Of a DNA stretch of 64,000 bases, positions 51,252 to 61,195 are shown in pieces. A program made the translations under genes and the position numbers. This stretch comes from an uncultured Poribacteria bacterium (lineage in GTDB: Bacteria; Poribacteria; WGA-4E; WGA-3G): the NCBI GenBank assembly GCA_951813565.1, contig OX638351.1:4800001-4864000 (forward strand). Direction: 5' to 3'. A model generated the notes under the pieces. The model did not search any database. It saw only the letters and a program-made list of their open reading frames with translations, and was not told where the DNA came from. The first letter of the stretch is position 1; each line of letters starts with the position of its first letter.

Positions 51252-52595
51252 CCTTTAGGTAGGGGATGTCCACGGCGAAAGTTTTGATTTAAAATATACT
51301 TTTCAATCTAATCACAATGTGGTATAATATATCATACTATATTGTAACTCTTGAAGTGATAAAAGACTATATTGAAGGTCAAAGTGGACAATGAGAAAAT
51401 CTCACAAGTTCAAACTTCAACACCAATCTAACACAATCAAACTTGGTAATATGCTTGATGATATGTGGGAAATCCATGTGCATATCATGCGTTTGGCACG
51501 TAGGTATTATCGCATGTTCGGCAAAAATTTGTCTGCGTATCGTCTGAAGGCACATGTTGCGAAACTCAAAAAAACAACTAAACCACACTGGGCGGACTTG
51601 CCGAGTCAAGTTGTTCAAGACGTTGTCCTACGTTATGGTAAATCACAAGACGCATTTTTCCAAAATATAGCAAGCCGCAAATCAGGTAAAACAACGCGTA
51701 AAGTGGGTAGACCGAAAATCAAACCGAGACACAAATACAACTCCATGACCTTCACACAAGCGGGCTACAAACTTGAAGGGAACCGTATCAAAATCAACTG
51801 TATAGATACATGGTTTTCCTACCACAAACACCGTGATTTCAAAGGAACTATCAAGACAATCACAATCAAACGCGATAGGTGCGGTGACTATTGGATATGC
51901 TTTTCGTGCGAGAATGTTGACGATTCCGAACCCAAACCCAAGACAGGTAAGAGCGCAGGATTTGATTACGGAAACAAAACATTCCTCACAAGCGACGAAG
52001 GGGACACAATAGAATCCCCGCAGTTTTTCAAACAATCACTCAACACGTTGCGATCTCTCAACAAAGCACTCAGTCGTAAAGTCAAAGGTTCTAACAACTA
52101 TTATCGTGCGTGCCGTGCTTTAGCAAGACAACACAGAAAAGTTGCCCGACAAAGAGAAGATTGGCAATGGAAACTTGCCTCAAAACTTTGTGTAGAGTTT
52201 GACACACTCATTTTGGAAACGCTGAACCTTGACGGTATGAAACGATTATGGGGACGTAAAGTTTCTGACCATTCTTTCTACCAGTTTCTTCAGATATTGG
52301 AACAGAAGTGTGCGAAGCACGGCAAAAAACTTGTGCAAATCTCGCAATGGATAGCAACAACAAAACCTTGTAGTGATTGTGGATACCATAACAAAGAACT
52401 CTCTCTTTCTGATAGGCAGTGGACATGTTCCGAATGTGGTTCACACCACGACCGAGACACCAACGCTGCTATCAATATCAAACGGGCAGGCTTGGCTGCC
52501 TAAAGTGGAGCGACAGTAAGACGGTCAACTCTCTGAGAAAACCGCAGTCGCAAGGAAGCACAAGCCCCTACCTTTAGGTAGTGGGTACCTATGAC
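51252..52595 (+). mobile_element. Second copy of the IS605-type TnpB element, left end truncated
   Basis: Homologous to 21484-22847 but starts in the middle of the LE hairpin, abutting the IS50-like TIR; RE ends tatgac. Confidence 0.9.
51391..52503 (+). CDS. tnpB: TnpB RNA-guided endonuclease
   Basis: About 18 aa differences from the first copy by manual count; D-E-D and zinc ribbon intact. Confidence 0.95.
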   Translation: MRKSHKFKLQHQSNTIKLGNMLDDMWEIHVHIMRLARRYYRMFGKNLSAYRLKAHVAKLKKTTKPHWADLPSQVVQDVVLRYGKSQDAFFQNIASRKSGKTTRKVGRPKIKPRHKYNSMTFTQAGYKLEGNRIKINCIDTWFSYHKHRDFKGTIKTITIKRDRCGDYWICFSCENVDDSEPKPKTGKSAGFDYGNKTFLTSDEGDTIESPQFFKQSLNTLRSLNKALSRKVKGSNNYYRACRALARQHRKVARQREDWQWKLASKLCVEFDTLILETLNLDGMKRLWGRKVSDHSFYQFLQILEQKCAKHGKKLVQISQWIATTKPCSDCGYHNKELSLSDRQWTCSECGSHHDRDTNAAINIKRAGLAA

Positions 52596-52620
52596 TGTTG
52601 AGTGATTCGTTCACTTGGAA

Positions 52621-53226
52621 TTAAACCGTTGAAAACATGCCTTCTTCTGAAAAAACATGCTGCATCGGAACATCCCACGGTTGCGGATATGTGTCATCTA
52701 CAAGTTGGACCTGAAATGTTATACCGATTGTGACAGCGTTCGGACAGGTAGGCAGAAAACGGTCGTAAAACCCTTTTCCGTATCCGAGGCGATAGCCGTT
52801 TGAATCAAAAGCGGTACCGGGAACGATGATGAGTTGGAGTTTATCGGGTGGGAATATAGGGCAGTTTTCATTGGGTTCAAGTATCCCATAAGGATGTTCA
52901 ACTAAATCTTTTTCCAAATTCTGAATACATCTGGGTATCAATTGACCGCTTTTCGTATCTAAAACTGGCGCGATAATCTCTCTACCTTGATTGAAAAAAG
53001 ATTCAATTAGTTCGTGTGTTCCTACCTCACTTTTCATGCTAAAATAAACCATAACCGCATCAAAACAGCATTCTTTTTCACTTTTTTCACTTCGCTGAAT
53101 CCATTCAATCACATGTGTCCCAATCTGTCTGCTGTGTCTGGCATGCTCAGTGGGTGAAAGGTTTTCGCGTTTCCGTAGTGTTTCTGCGCGAATGGTTTCC
53201 CGTTTTTGCGCTATTGGTATGTCCAT
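52621..53226 (-). CDS. 5-formyltetrahydrofolate cyclo-ligase
   Basis: YGILEP, IVPGTAFD..GYRLGYGKGFYDRFL, WDVPM. Confidence 0.92.
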   Translation of the reverse strand: MDIPIAQKRETIRAETLRKRENLSPTEHARHSRQIGTHVIEWIQRSEKSEKECCFDAVMVYFSMKSEVGTHELIESFFNQGREIIAPVLDTKSGQLIPRCIQNLEKDLVEHPYGILEPNENCPIFPPDKLQLIIVPGTAFDSNGYRLGYGKGFYDRFLPTCPNAVTIGITFQVQLVDDTYPQPWDVPMQHVFSEEGMFSTV

Positions 53227-53349
53227 TAATTTTTCTGGTATAAAAGTCGCGAGCTGAAGCTCGCTCCTACAGGAAGAGGTTTGCTGTGCGATAAATAATG
53301 AACTCACAATTTGAAAGTGGATAAAGCACTATTTACATATAAAACTTTT

Positions 53350-54696
53350 CTATTCTTCCCATTCAATTTGGTGTATATGTTTGGCAAGCGCGTCGCGGAA
53401 AGTAGAAGGTTTCATTGAAAGTAACTTAGCTGCTCTCGTCTTGTTCCCTTGTGTCTTCTGCATCGCCCAAGCAATAAGTTCGCGTTCAGTGGACTTGATA
53501 ATTTCGTGGAAAGAGGTCAAATTCGGTGTATTGTCAAGTTTTTGAGATGTCGGTAACTTTAACTCAATCGGGATTTCTTCAGTCGTAATGTCAGTTCCAT
53601 TGTTAACAGCAACAAGTCGCTCAATGATATTTTCCAGTTCGCTGACGTTTCCGGGCCACGGATACTCAGTAAGGATGTTGACTGCATCAGGTCTTATGCG
53701 AATGGCTTGATGCGGTGAAAAAATATCCAAGAAATGGTTAATCAGCATCGGAATATCACTTTTTCGTTCGCGTAGTGGGGGTAGGAACAAAGGGATAACA
53801 TTCAATTGATAATAGAGGTCTTCAAGAAACTCATTGCGTTTCGTTTTCTCTTTCAGGTTTTCACGGGACGTTGAAATGATACGTAAATCTACGTCAATAG
53901 GTTCAGTTTCAGATGGGACTGAAAGTTTGCGTTCTTCTAACACAGCTAATAATTTTGCCTGTCCGTCAAGCGAAATAGTATCTACATTTGCAATAAAAAG
54001 TGTACCGTGGTTCGCCAATTGTAGTTTGCCTTGCCAAGATTGATTGCCAAAAAGTTCTGATTCAATAGCATCGGCAGAAAGACCATAACAATTGATGCCA
54101 ACATAAGGCTGATGCTGCCGTGAACTCCGGAGATGTATCGTTTTTGCTAAGAGCGATTTTCCTGTGCCTTCCTCGCCGTAAATCATAACGTTGCTGTCAG
54201 TAGAAGAAACTTTAGGTATTAATTTGAAGATTTCTTGGATCTGTTGACTTTTTCCGATGAGTATTTGGTAAAGAGAAGGTTCTTGGTTTGTATCAGATGT
54301 TTTGAGAGATGGTTGTGTATTTTCAACAGGTGTTTTGCCTCTCAACGCTTTGAGTTTATCCAACATGAGAATTAACTCATCGCTTGAAAAAGGTTTTTTT
54401 ATGTAGTTGTATGCGCCGAATCTAAGCGCCTCAACAGCGGTCTCAACACTTGCGTAGGCAGTCATCACAATTACGGTGATATGTGGATGTTCTTTTTTCA
54501 CTCTCTTAAGAAAATCAATCCCGTGCATCTGTGGCATCCGCAAATCGGTTACCAGTACGTCAAACGCCTCTTGTTGTAGAAGTTGAAGCCCTATCAATGG
54601 CGATTCGACAGCAATAGCATCGTAATTAGATTCCCGTAAATCATCGCGTAGAGTCATGCGTTTTAATTTCTCATCATCAACAACAAGGATTTTCAT
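53350..54696 (-). CDS. NtrC-like response regulator (REC-AAA+-Fis HTH) with degenerate AAA+ domain
   Basis: ILVVDD, TDLRMP, GEEGTGKS, WPGNVSEL; lacks GAFTGA, Walker B reads FIANV. Confidence 0.88.
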   Translation of the reverse strand: MKILVVDDEKLKRMTLRDDLRESNYDAIAVESPLIGLQLLQQEAFDVLVTDLRMPQMHGIDFLKRVKKEHPHITVIVMTAYASVETAVEALRFGAYNYIKKPFSSDELILMLDKLKALRGKTPVENTQPSLKTSDTNQEPSLYQILIGKSQQIQEIFKLIPKVSSTDSNVMIYGEEGTGKSLLAKTIHLRSSRQHQPYVGINCYGLSADAIESELFGNQSWQGKLQLANHGTLFIANVDTISLDGQAKLLAVLEERKLSVPSETEPIDVDLRIISTSRENLKEKTKRNEFLEDLYYQLNVIPLFLPPLRERKSDIPMLINHFLDIFSPHQAIRIRPDAVNILTEYPWPGNVSELENIIERLVAVNNGTDITTEEIPIELKLPTSQKLDNTPNLTSFHEIIKSTERELIAWAMQKTQGNKTRAAKLLSMKPSTFRDALAKHIHQIEWEE

Positions 54697-54706
54697 TTTT
54701 GACCTC

Positions 54707-56470
54707 CTATGTCTGTTCTTGTGCAGCAATTGGCAATTTTACTGTAAATGTTGAACCGCTTCCTACTTCGCTCTCTACTTCAATAACTCCTTGATGTTGT
54801 CTGACAATTCTGTCAGACACTGAAAGACCAAGTCCTGTCCCTTTTTCAGTAATTTGTGTGGTGTAAAATGGGTCGAAAATTCTGTCTTGAACGGATTCTG
54901 AGATACCGATTCCAGTGTCAATAACCTTAACGTAAACAATAGGTTTGCCTATTAAGGCATCCAAAATTATTTCACCAGTTTGAAATAAAAGCGTTCCACC
55001 ATCTGGCATTGCGGTAATAGCATTCAATGCAAGGTTGAGGGTGACCTGTTCTAATAGGTGTTTATCGCCATGAATAAGTGCAATTTGATCTTGGAAGTCT
55101 TTTTCTATTTTTATGCCTTTTTCGGATGCCCCGTATCCGATCAATCCTATTGTTTCGTTAACAACATCATTCAGATTAATGGCGGTTAGGGTTAATTCAT
55201 GTGGTCGGGAAAAATCCAGTAATTTTCCGATTGTCGCTTCAATACGCCGAATGGCTTCCTCCATTAAACCGAGATATTCTTGTGTTTGTTCAATGTTTTT
55301 CGGGTTTCGCTGTATACGAAGGATGCAGTTCAACAAGCCATCAAGCGGATTGTTTATTTCATGTGCAACACCCGCAGCTAATTCACCGATTGCCGCCATC
55401 TTTTCTGAAAAGATAAGTTGCTGCTCCATCCTTTTTCTATCGGTTACATCGCGAGAAACGAGTACGGTGCCAAGGTAATTATCTTCATCGTCCCGAACAG
55501 CAGCATAGGTATTTTCTAAGTGTTTTTCCCCTACTTGCTGGTTCTTTCTTTCAATTGCCTCGCTCCCTTCAGAAAAATCCTGTGAGATTTGGGCAAGTGT
55601 TTCAGTACTTCCGAATTGCAGGTCTGTGTTCATTTCTAAATCAGTTTGCTCTCTCTGAATCGATTGTGCGGCTTTGTTGAAGAGGGTCGTCTGATTAGTA
55701 GAATCTACAAAAACAACACCTTCCTGCATACATTCAATAATAGATTGCAATTTATTACGTTCAAAAACAACCTCTTTTCGAGTTTCAACGAGTTCATCAA
55801 CCTTTTCTTCTAAATTCTCTTTGAGTTCCCGTGTTTCAGTTTCGCGTTCTCGGGCAGTTTGCGTAATTGTTGTTGCCAGATAAACAGAAAAGAAAAGCGT
55901 ACTGGTAAAAACAAATAGCACACCAAAGATATAGACTGGGTCTTGCCACAACTCATTGGGTAGAAAATTATTCAGCGGATAGTGTGGAAGAATCTCAAAA
56001 TACTCAAGGAAAATGAGTGAACTTAATAGGACAGTATTTAGTGTTGCTAATATATAGCTGACACGTTTTGACAAGATGATACTTGCAATAATCAGGTGAA
56101 AAATAAAATAAAATATAAAAGGATTCTCAACACCGCCGCTGAAGTGGATGAGAGCAATCAACGACAGCAAATCAAGAATAATATGGATGCACGATTGCCG
56201 TTTGATGGACTTCAACCGCTGCAGTTCTGGTGCTTTGCGATACATCCGCGGTTCAAAGTTGTACAGGACCATCAGACCCGCTGTGATATAAAGCGGAATG
56301 GGGTTCGCAATCATGTCCCACGCTAAATTGGCAACCGTTACGGTGAAGAAAACACCTGCGATTGCAATCCAACGAAGGCGGACTAACCATCCGATTTGCT
56401 TGATTAACTCCAGTTTTAACGGCAGTTCATCATCGACTGCTTTTTCCGGGAACAATTGTGTCTGTTCCAT
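54707..56470 (-). CDS. Membrane sensor histidine kinase with PAS domain
   Basis: TM region, PAS, AHEINNPL, NLALNA, DTGIGI, GTGLGL. Confidence 0.92.
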   Translation of the reverse strand: MEQTQLFPEKAVDDELPLKLELIKQIGWLVRLRWIAIAGVFFTVTVANLAWDMIANPIPLYITAGLMVLYNFEPRMYRKAPELQRLKSIKRQSCIHIILDLLSLIALIHFSGGVENPFIFYFIFHLIIASIILSKRVSYILATLNTVLLSSLIFLEYFEILPHYPLNNFLPNELWQDPVYIFGVLFVFTSTLFFSVYLATTITQTARERETETRELKENLEEKVDELVETRKEVVFERNKLQSIIECMQEGVVFVDSTNQTTLFNKAAQSIQREQTDLEMNTDLQFGSTETLAQISQDFSEGSEAIERKNQQVGEKHLENTYAAVRDDEDNYLGTVLVSRDVTDRKRMEQQLIFSEKMAAIGELAAGVAHEINNPLDGLLNCILRIQRNPKNIEQTQEYLGLMEEAIRRIEATIGKLLDFSRPHELTLTAINLNDVVNETIGLIGYGASEKGIKIEKDFQDQIALIHGDKHLLEQVTLNLALNAITAMPDGGTLLFQTGEIILDALIGKPIVYVKVIDTGIGISESVQDRIFDPFYTTQITEKGTGLGLSVSDRIVRQHQGVIEVESEVGSGSTFTVKLPIAAQEQT

Positions 56471-56484
56471 ATCAGTCGGTCTCT

Positions 56485-56772
56485 CTATTTCATGTAACGG
56501 ACTTCACCATCAACTTCAATGGTATCAACGATCGCCATGACAACGCCATCAACAGGTTTGTTGCTGGTCACACTCGTCTGACGCGCAGAACTTCCTGTTG
56601 CTATCAACACGATTTCACCGATGCCAGCACCGACCGCGTCAACGGCGACTGTGTATTTCCGCTCTAATTCTCCATCTAAATTCACATCTTGGACAATCAG
56701 CAATTTGCTACCGACAAGTTTCTCATCTTTCTGTGTAGCGACGACTGTCCCCGTGACCTTTCCAAGTATCAT
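56485..56772 (-). CDS. EutN/CcmL family microcompartment vertex (BMC-P) protein
   Basis: MILGKVTGTVVATQKD...VAVDAVGAGIGE..GSSAR...PVDGVVMAIVD. Confidence 0.93.
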   Translation of the reverse strand: MILGKVTGTVVATQKDEKLVGSKLLIVQDVNLDGELERKYTVAVDAVGAGIGEIVLIATGSSARQTSVTSNKPVDGVVMAIVDTIEVDGEVRYMK

Positions 56773-57128
56773 TCACAAACCTTTCTTGTTAGGCGAGATC
56801 TCTATCAAGCGCCTATTTCAACATAATCAAATTGAGGTACAAAACTGTGCACTCTTGAGTATTCAAAATTATACACGATAGCTGTTGAAATTTCAAGAGG
56901 TAATCTAAATATCATCTAATACAGGAATTTGACTAAAAATAACGTGAGTTTGATAAATCCCGTAGGGAATCAACACCGAATGCGCCTATGGCATTCGGTG
57001 GGGTAGAACGGAAATGGACAATAAAAACAGACCCTAAAGCAGGGTTATTTAGTTTTAAGAATTATCAGTTCCTGAGTTTTACTGTGAGTTTATATCGTCC
57101 GTCGGGTAGAGCTTGCGAAACCCATAGG

Positions 57129-57499
57129 CGTCAATTTAAGGATTTATTTCAGGTTTCACACATTTTAACCCAAACAACACCGCAACCCCGATTGTAGGGG
57201 CGGGTCTCTGTGCCCGCCCGTTGTTTAAATACATCAGATATGGCGGGGCACCAAATCAACGGTCCGAATGCCCTTTGGCATTCCCCGTCCGGCATGCTGC
57301 CAAATCAACGCTGAATGCCAAAAAGCGCATTTGGCGTTGATTCACTCCCACAAGAGCGTATATCCTTAAATTGACGGCTATGGGGCACCAAATCAACGGT
57401 ATGAATGCCTTATGGCATTCCCCGGGACCCCGCTCTACAGTGGAAAACGCCGCGTAATCATTGCAAATTGAACCTATGTAACCAAATATTTACACACCC
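57129..57499. repeat. Mosaic of a CGTCAATTTAAG-ended MITE (57129-57376), REPs, AATCAAC-hairpin modules and an IS256-like MITE right end
   Basis: Shares segments with 18491-18773, 7947-8028 and 62668-62753. Confidence 0.65.
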
Positions 57500-57617
57500 A
57501 TGTGTTGAAAGAATATTTGACAAACGGGTGTGTTTGTGTTGCTATGTAGGTGGTGTGGCAACGGGTGTCACACGTTGTTCGATTGACCGCAGAGATCGTA
57601 TTTAATAGGAGGATCAC

Positions 57618-57738
57618 ATGGGCATGAAAATACTGACTGTCTTCGCTGTATGCTTTACATTTTCCACTGCTATAGCGTATGCGTATCAGGCAGAATTTGA
57701 ATATCGCGAAGGGGTTATGGTAGGTGTAGGTATCGGGC
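57618..57738 (+). pseudogene. 5' fragment of a secreted-protein gene truncated by a MITE
   Basis: AGGAGG RBS, signal peptide (AYA), then runs into a CTAGTGG-ended repeat. Confidence 0.5.
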
Positions 57739-57854
57739 CTAGTGGTTTTGTCGAGATTCGGAGATCGCTCCTACAGAACACCCTCTTTGTAGGAGGGAAC
57801 TTCGATTCCCGACTACTGACACGAATCGCAATTTTAGTGTAGACACTCCACTAG
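57739..57854. mobile_element. CTAGTGG-ended MITE carrying REP hairpins
   Basis: ctagtggttttgtc / gacactccactag; internal gctcctac...gtaggag. Confidence 0.55.
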
Positions 57855-58939
57855 CCTGAGTTATATCCTCATAATCATTGAGATGAACTTCTTCCTCTTT
57901 GAGAGTCCGGATGAGTCTTTCAGCATACCCGTTCTCCCACGGGCAGCCTCTCTTTGCTAATGAAATCTCAATCCCATGACGATTGAAAATGGAAATATAT
58001 GCCGTTGAAAGGGACTGAACACCTTGATCAGAATGATGGATCTCTGGCACGTTTTGGTGTCCTGCCTGTTCTAAAGGTTTCAGGGTTAGAGATGTGTTCA
58101 AATGGTGGCTCACCTGCCACCCTCTTATCATGCGAGTGAAGACATCCATAAGCACCGAAACATAGACGAAGCGTCTGTAGAGACGGACGGACGTTATACG
58201 CCAACCCAGACCTGATCGCATCAACAGATGTCAAGGGTTTCAAGCCGATTGACCCAGGGCTGTGGACCTTCAAGCGATCTCGTGGTTTGACAGCAACCGA
58301 GAGATTATCTGCTTTCATCAATCGGGCAACGCGGCGATACCCAACGGTGTATCCCAGACGCAGCAGCAAGTGCCTGATGCGCCTATACCCATATTTCGGA
58401 TAACGTCTACATAACTTCTCTATTTCCTCTCGGAGAACCTCTTGAGAAGGGGCACTTTTGGGGTGATAATAGAGAAGACTCCGGTTGAAACCGAGTGTCT
58501 CAGAAATCTCTCGAACCGAATAATCTGTTCAAAACGTTTCAATGAGTTCTCGTTTCTCAGACGCAGTTAGCTCAACCAAGTTGAGGCTTTTTTTCGATGT
58601 CTAACGCCACGGTCAATCTCCCAACGAGCTGCTCAAGGTGAGCAATCCGTTCCGCCGCGTCTTCAGAGGAAACCTTATTCCTGGATCCAAACACAGACGC
58701 TGCGTTTTCAACGAGTTGCTGCTTCCACTTTGAGAGTTGATCTTCGCTGAGGTTATGGCGGCGACACAGTTCTGCTTGTGAACTTTCACCGCTGAGTGCC
58801 TCAAGAACGATTTCCGCTTTAGACTCAGCGGTGAATCTTCTTCGTTTTCGTTTCGCCATCGGAGACTCCTTTCAAGTGAGATTGTTATTATATCACAATC
58901 TTGGTTTAGGGGGTGGCCCTAATTTCCGATGGCAGTACA
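57855..58939 (-). mobile_element. Degenerate, 3'-truncated IS3 element related to 48312-49556
   Basis: Left end tgtactgccatcggaaatt; orfA 58572-58859; frameshifted orfB; right end missing. Confidence 0.85.
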
Positions 58940-59263
58940 AGAATAATGAATAGGGCTATACTTGCAATTACTCCCACAAGAAAGAAAAAACTGCGAAAAC
59001 CCACTTAAGAATTTGTATAGCAAGCCACGCGATTGCCCCAACGACTAAAATTCCCAGAATTATGAGTAGAATATTTCGCATAAGTCTATAAGGCGTTTAG
59101 TGGATACTGCTATAGTATTTCCGCAGTACTTATTCAGCGATGTTAACCAACGGAGGGCGGATATCAAATCCGCCCTAAATAAGCTTGAGTAGTATTGTAC
59201 GATTTGAGTTTGCCTCACGGTGTGATTTCCACAACATTAAATGGTGCTGTGTTCAACACCCAT

Positions 59264-60016
59264 CTATTTCTTGAGGCTACCCCATGTGACAGCCAGTTTC
59301 GCTTTTGGGTCAACAGCGAGGCCGCTTGCCAGACCATCTTTCATGACAGATTTAATATCATCCTCGCTCAACACGGTATTGAAGATGACGAATTCATCGA
59401 GGAGACCTTGCCACTGTCGGCTACCACCCCAATCTCCAATCCTGCCGGGGTCAAGGACACCAGGGTTATTACCCCAGTCGCTCTCAGCGTCAAGTTCGCC
59501 ATTGATGTAAAAACGGATTTTCCCTTCCTTCGCGCTATAAGCGGTTGCAATATGTATCCATTTGTTCATTTCACCGCCTACCACAGCGAAGTTGGCGAAT
59601 TTATCGTTGCCACCAGGGTTGCTGTGAATAGAAAATTCAACTTTATTATTCGTATGCAACTGATAATGGATGTCACCCGGTTTCCATCCATTGACGTTGA
59701 AGAAGACTCGCCATCCATTTTCTCGACCAGTGCATTTGACCCAGTGTGCGAATGTGATTTCTTCGAACGAACCCATCCTCTTATTGATGTTAACCCATTC
59801 GTTTGTGCCGTTTAGTTCAATCGCTTTGCCGATTTGACCATCAACATATTTTCCACCTTGAGCTTCACCGTCAAACCCATTTCCGGAAAAATCTTTAGCA
59901 TCACCATCAAAAAGCCACGCTGCGACAATCATATCATCTGTGATTTCTGCTGAACCGAGCATGTTGAACCCTAAGACGAGTAGTAGACTTAGGGCAAATA
60001 TGGTAACTCTCAACAA
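59264..60016 (-). CDS. Secreted LamG-like jellyroll protein with C-terminal AVDP..KL..TWG.LK motif
   Basis: Signal peptide, WLFDG, WIHIATAY, FYING, GLLDEFVIFN. Confidence 0.85.
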   Translation of the reverse strand: MLRVTIFALSLLLVLGFNMLGSAEITDDMIVAAWLFDGDAKDFSGNGFDGEAQGGKYVDGQIGKAIELNGTNEWVNINKRMGSFEEITFAHWVKCTGRENGWRVFFNVNGWKPGDIHYQLHTNNKVEFSIHSNPGGNDKFANFAVVGGEMNKWIHIATAYSAKEGKIRFYINGELDAESDWGNNPGVLDPGRIGDWGGSRQWQGLLDEFVIFNTVLSEDDIKSVMKDGLASGLAVDPKAKLAVTWGSLKK

Positions 60017-60169
60017 AATAAACCTCCTGTCGTTATAGAAAAGTAGATAATTTTTGATGTTCTAATACCTTGCGCAACATTACTTAAATCACAATATAAA
60101 TTAATTTATCACGACAACAAATTAAATGCAACAAAATTGTGTCAAGCTGCGCGAATCTGTGGATTATGT

Positions 60170-61057
60170 TTATATGGATCTGTGTTTAGCGACACCGCGC
60201 GGGTTTTCAAAGGCATCTACCCACAAATGGCACCACTCTGCGTGATCTGTCAGGACAGTATCAGGATTTTTGCGGCTGCGAACAATAAAATCGGGGTGTG
60301 CCGTTCTGCCTGTGTGATGTCCTGTCGTCTGAAAACGCAGATCCAACGACCATCGGCATCGATCTGATTTGTTCGGCTGAGATCGGTGCGGTGTAAAACG
60401 GCTCAGCAAGATGATGTCGCCTCGATAACATTCTAACATCATCGGTTCAACGTCCGGCATCAGGTCGGGCACAATCATGGTGCCGCCCTCTTTCTGATGT
60501 GTAAGGTATCCAATATCTTCTGTAACACCGGGCAACGCTTCAAGACATCCCATTTCAATTGTACTATCGCCTAATGGTAGCCAACAGGTGACGATATTTG
60601 AACCTTCTGCCTCCTCCATCATAACACCAGCGTCTTGATGCCACGGCACACCACCTGCCCAACTTGCGTTTCCGTCAACCACTGGCGGTTTCGCGCGCAC
60701 ATGCTGAATCGGGTTGCATGTTATCTCAGGACCGACAATTCCTTCAATTACATCAAGCAAATTGTCGTTTCTCATGAAGTCAAAGATAGCTTTGCCCCGA
60801 TAGTGCATAATATCCATACCGCTTCCGATTTCACCGGACTGTGCAAGGAGTTTTCCGAATCGCCTGTCAAAAGGGTCATCTTCGTAAAGGTTTTCAATCT
60901 TTCCGTCCTGATGTAATGCGTTGGCACGTTCTGATATCCAATCCTCAATTTCGTCAATGACCGGTTGGGTATCTGCATCTGTTAATGCATTTTTGACCAC
61001 CAGAACTCCCTTTGTCCGGTAAGTTTTTTTTTGTTCTTGCGTTAGTTTCATAAGCAT
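60170..61057 (-). CDS. Phytanoyl-CoA dioxygenase (PhyH) family protein
   Basis: PWHQD, TPHRS.PN.S..R: HxD...H triad and Arg. Confidence 0.9.
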   Translation of the reverse strand: MLMKLTQEQKKTYRTKGVLVVKNALTDADTQPVIDEIEDWISERANALHQDGKIENLYEDDPFDRRFGKLLAQSGEIGSGMDIMHYRGKAIFDFMRNDNLLDVIEGIVGPEITCNPIQHVRAKPPVVDGNASWAGGVPWHQDAGVMMEEAEGSNIVTCWLPLGDSTIEMGCLEALPGVTEDIGYLTHQKEGGTMIVPDLMPDVEPMMLECYRGDIILLSRFTPHRSQPNKSDRCRWSLDLRFQTTGHHTGRTAHPDFIVRSRKNPDTVLTDHAEWCHLWVDAFENPRGVAKHRSI

Positions 61058-61195
61058 TCTCCTAATAAGTGCTTTTAGCGATTATAATAGCATTAACGCG
61101 AGCAGTAGACAAGGAGAAATAGATTTTGGTATGGTAATCTAAATCAACCTTTTGGTCGGTAGACATCTATCTTCATAGAATTTGAGAAATTGAGG

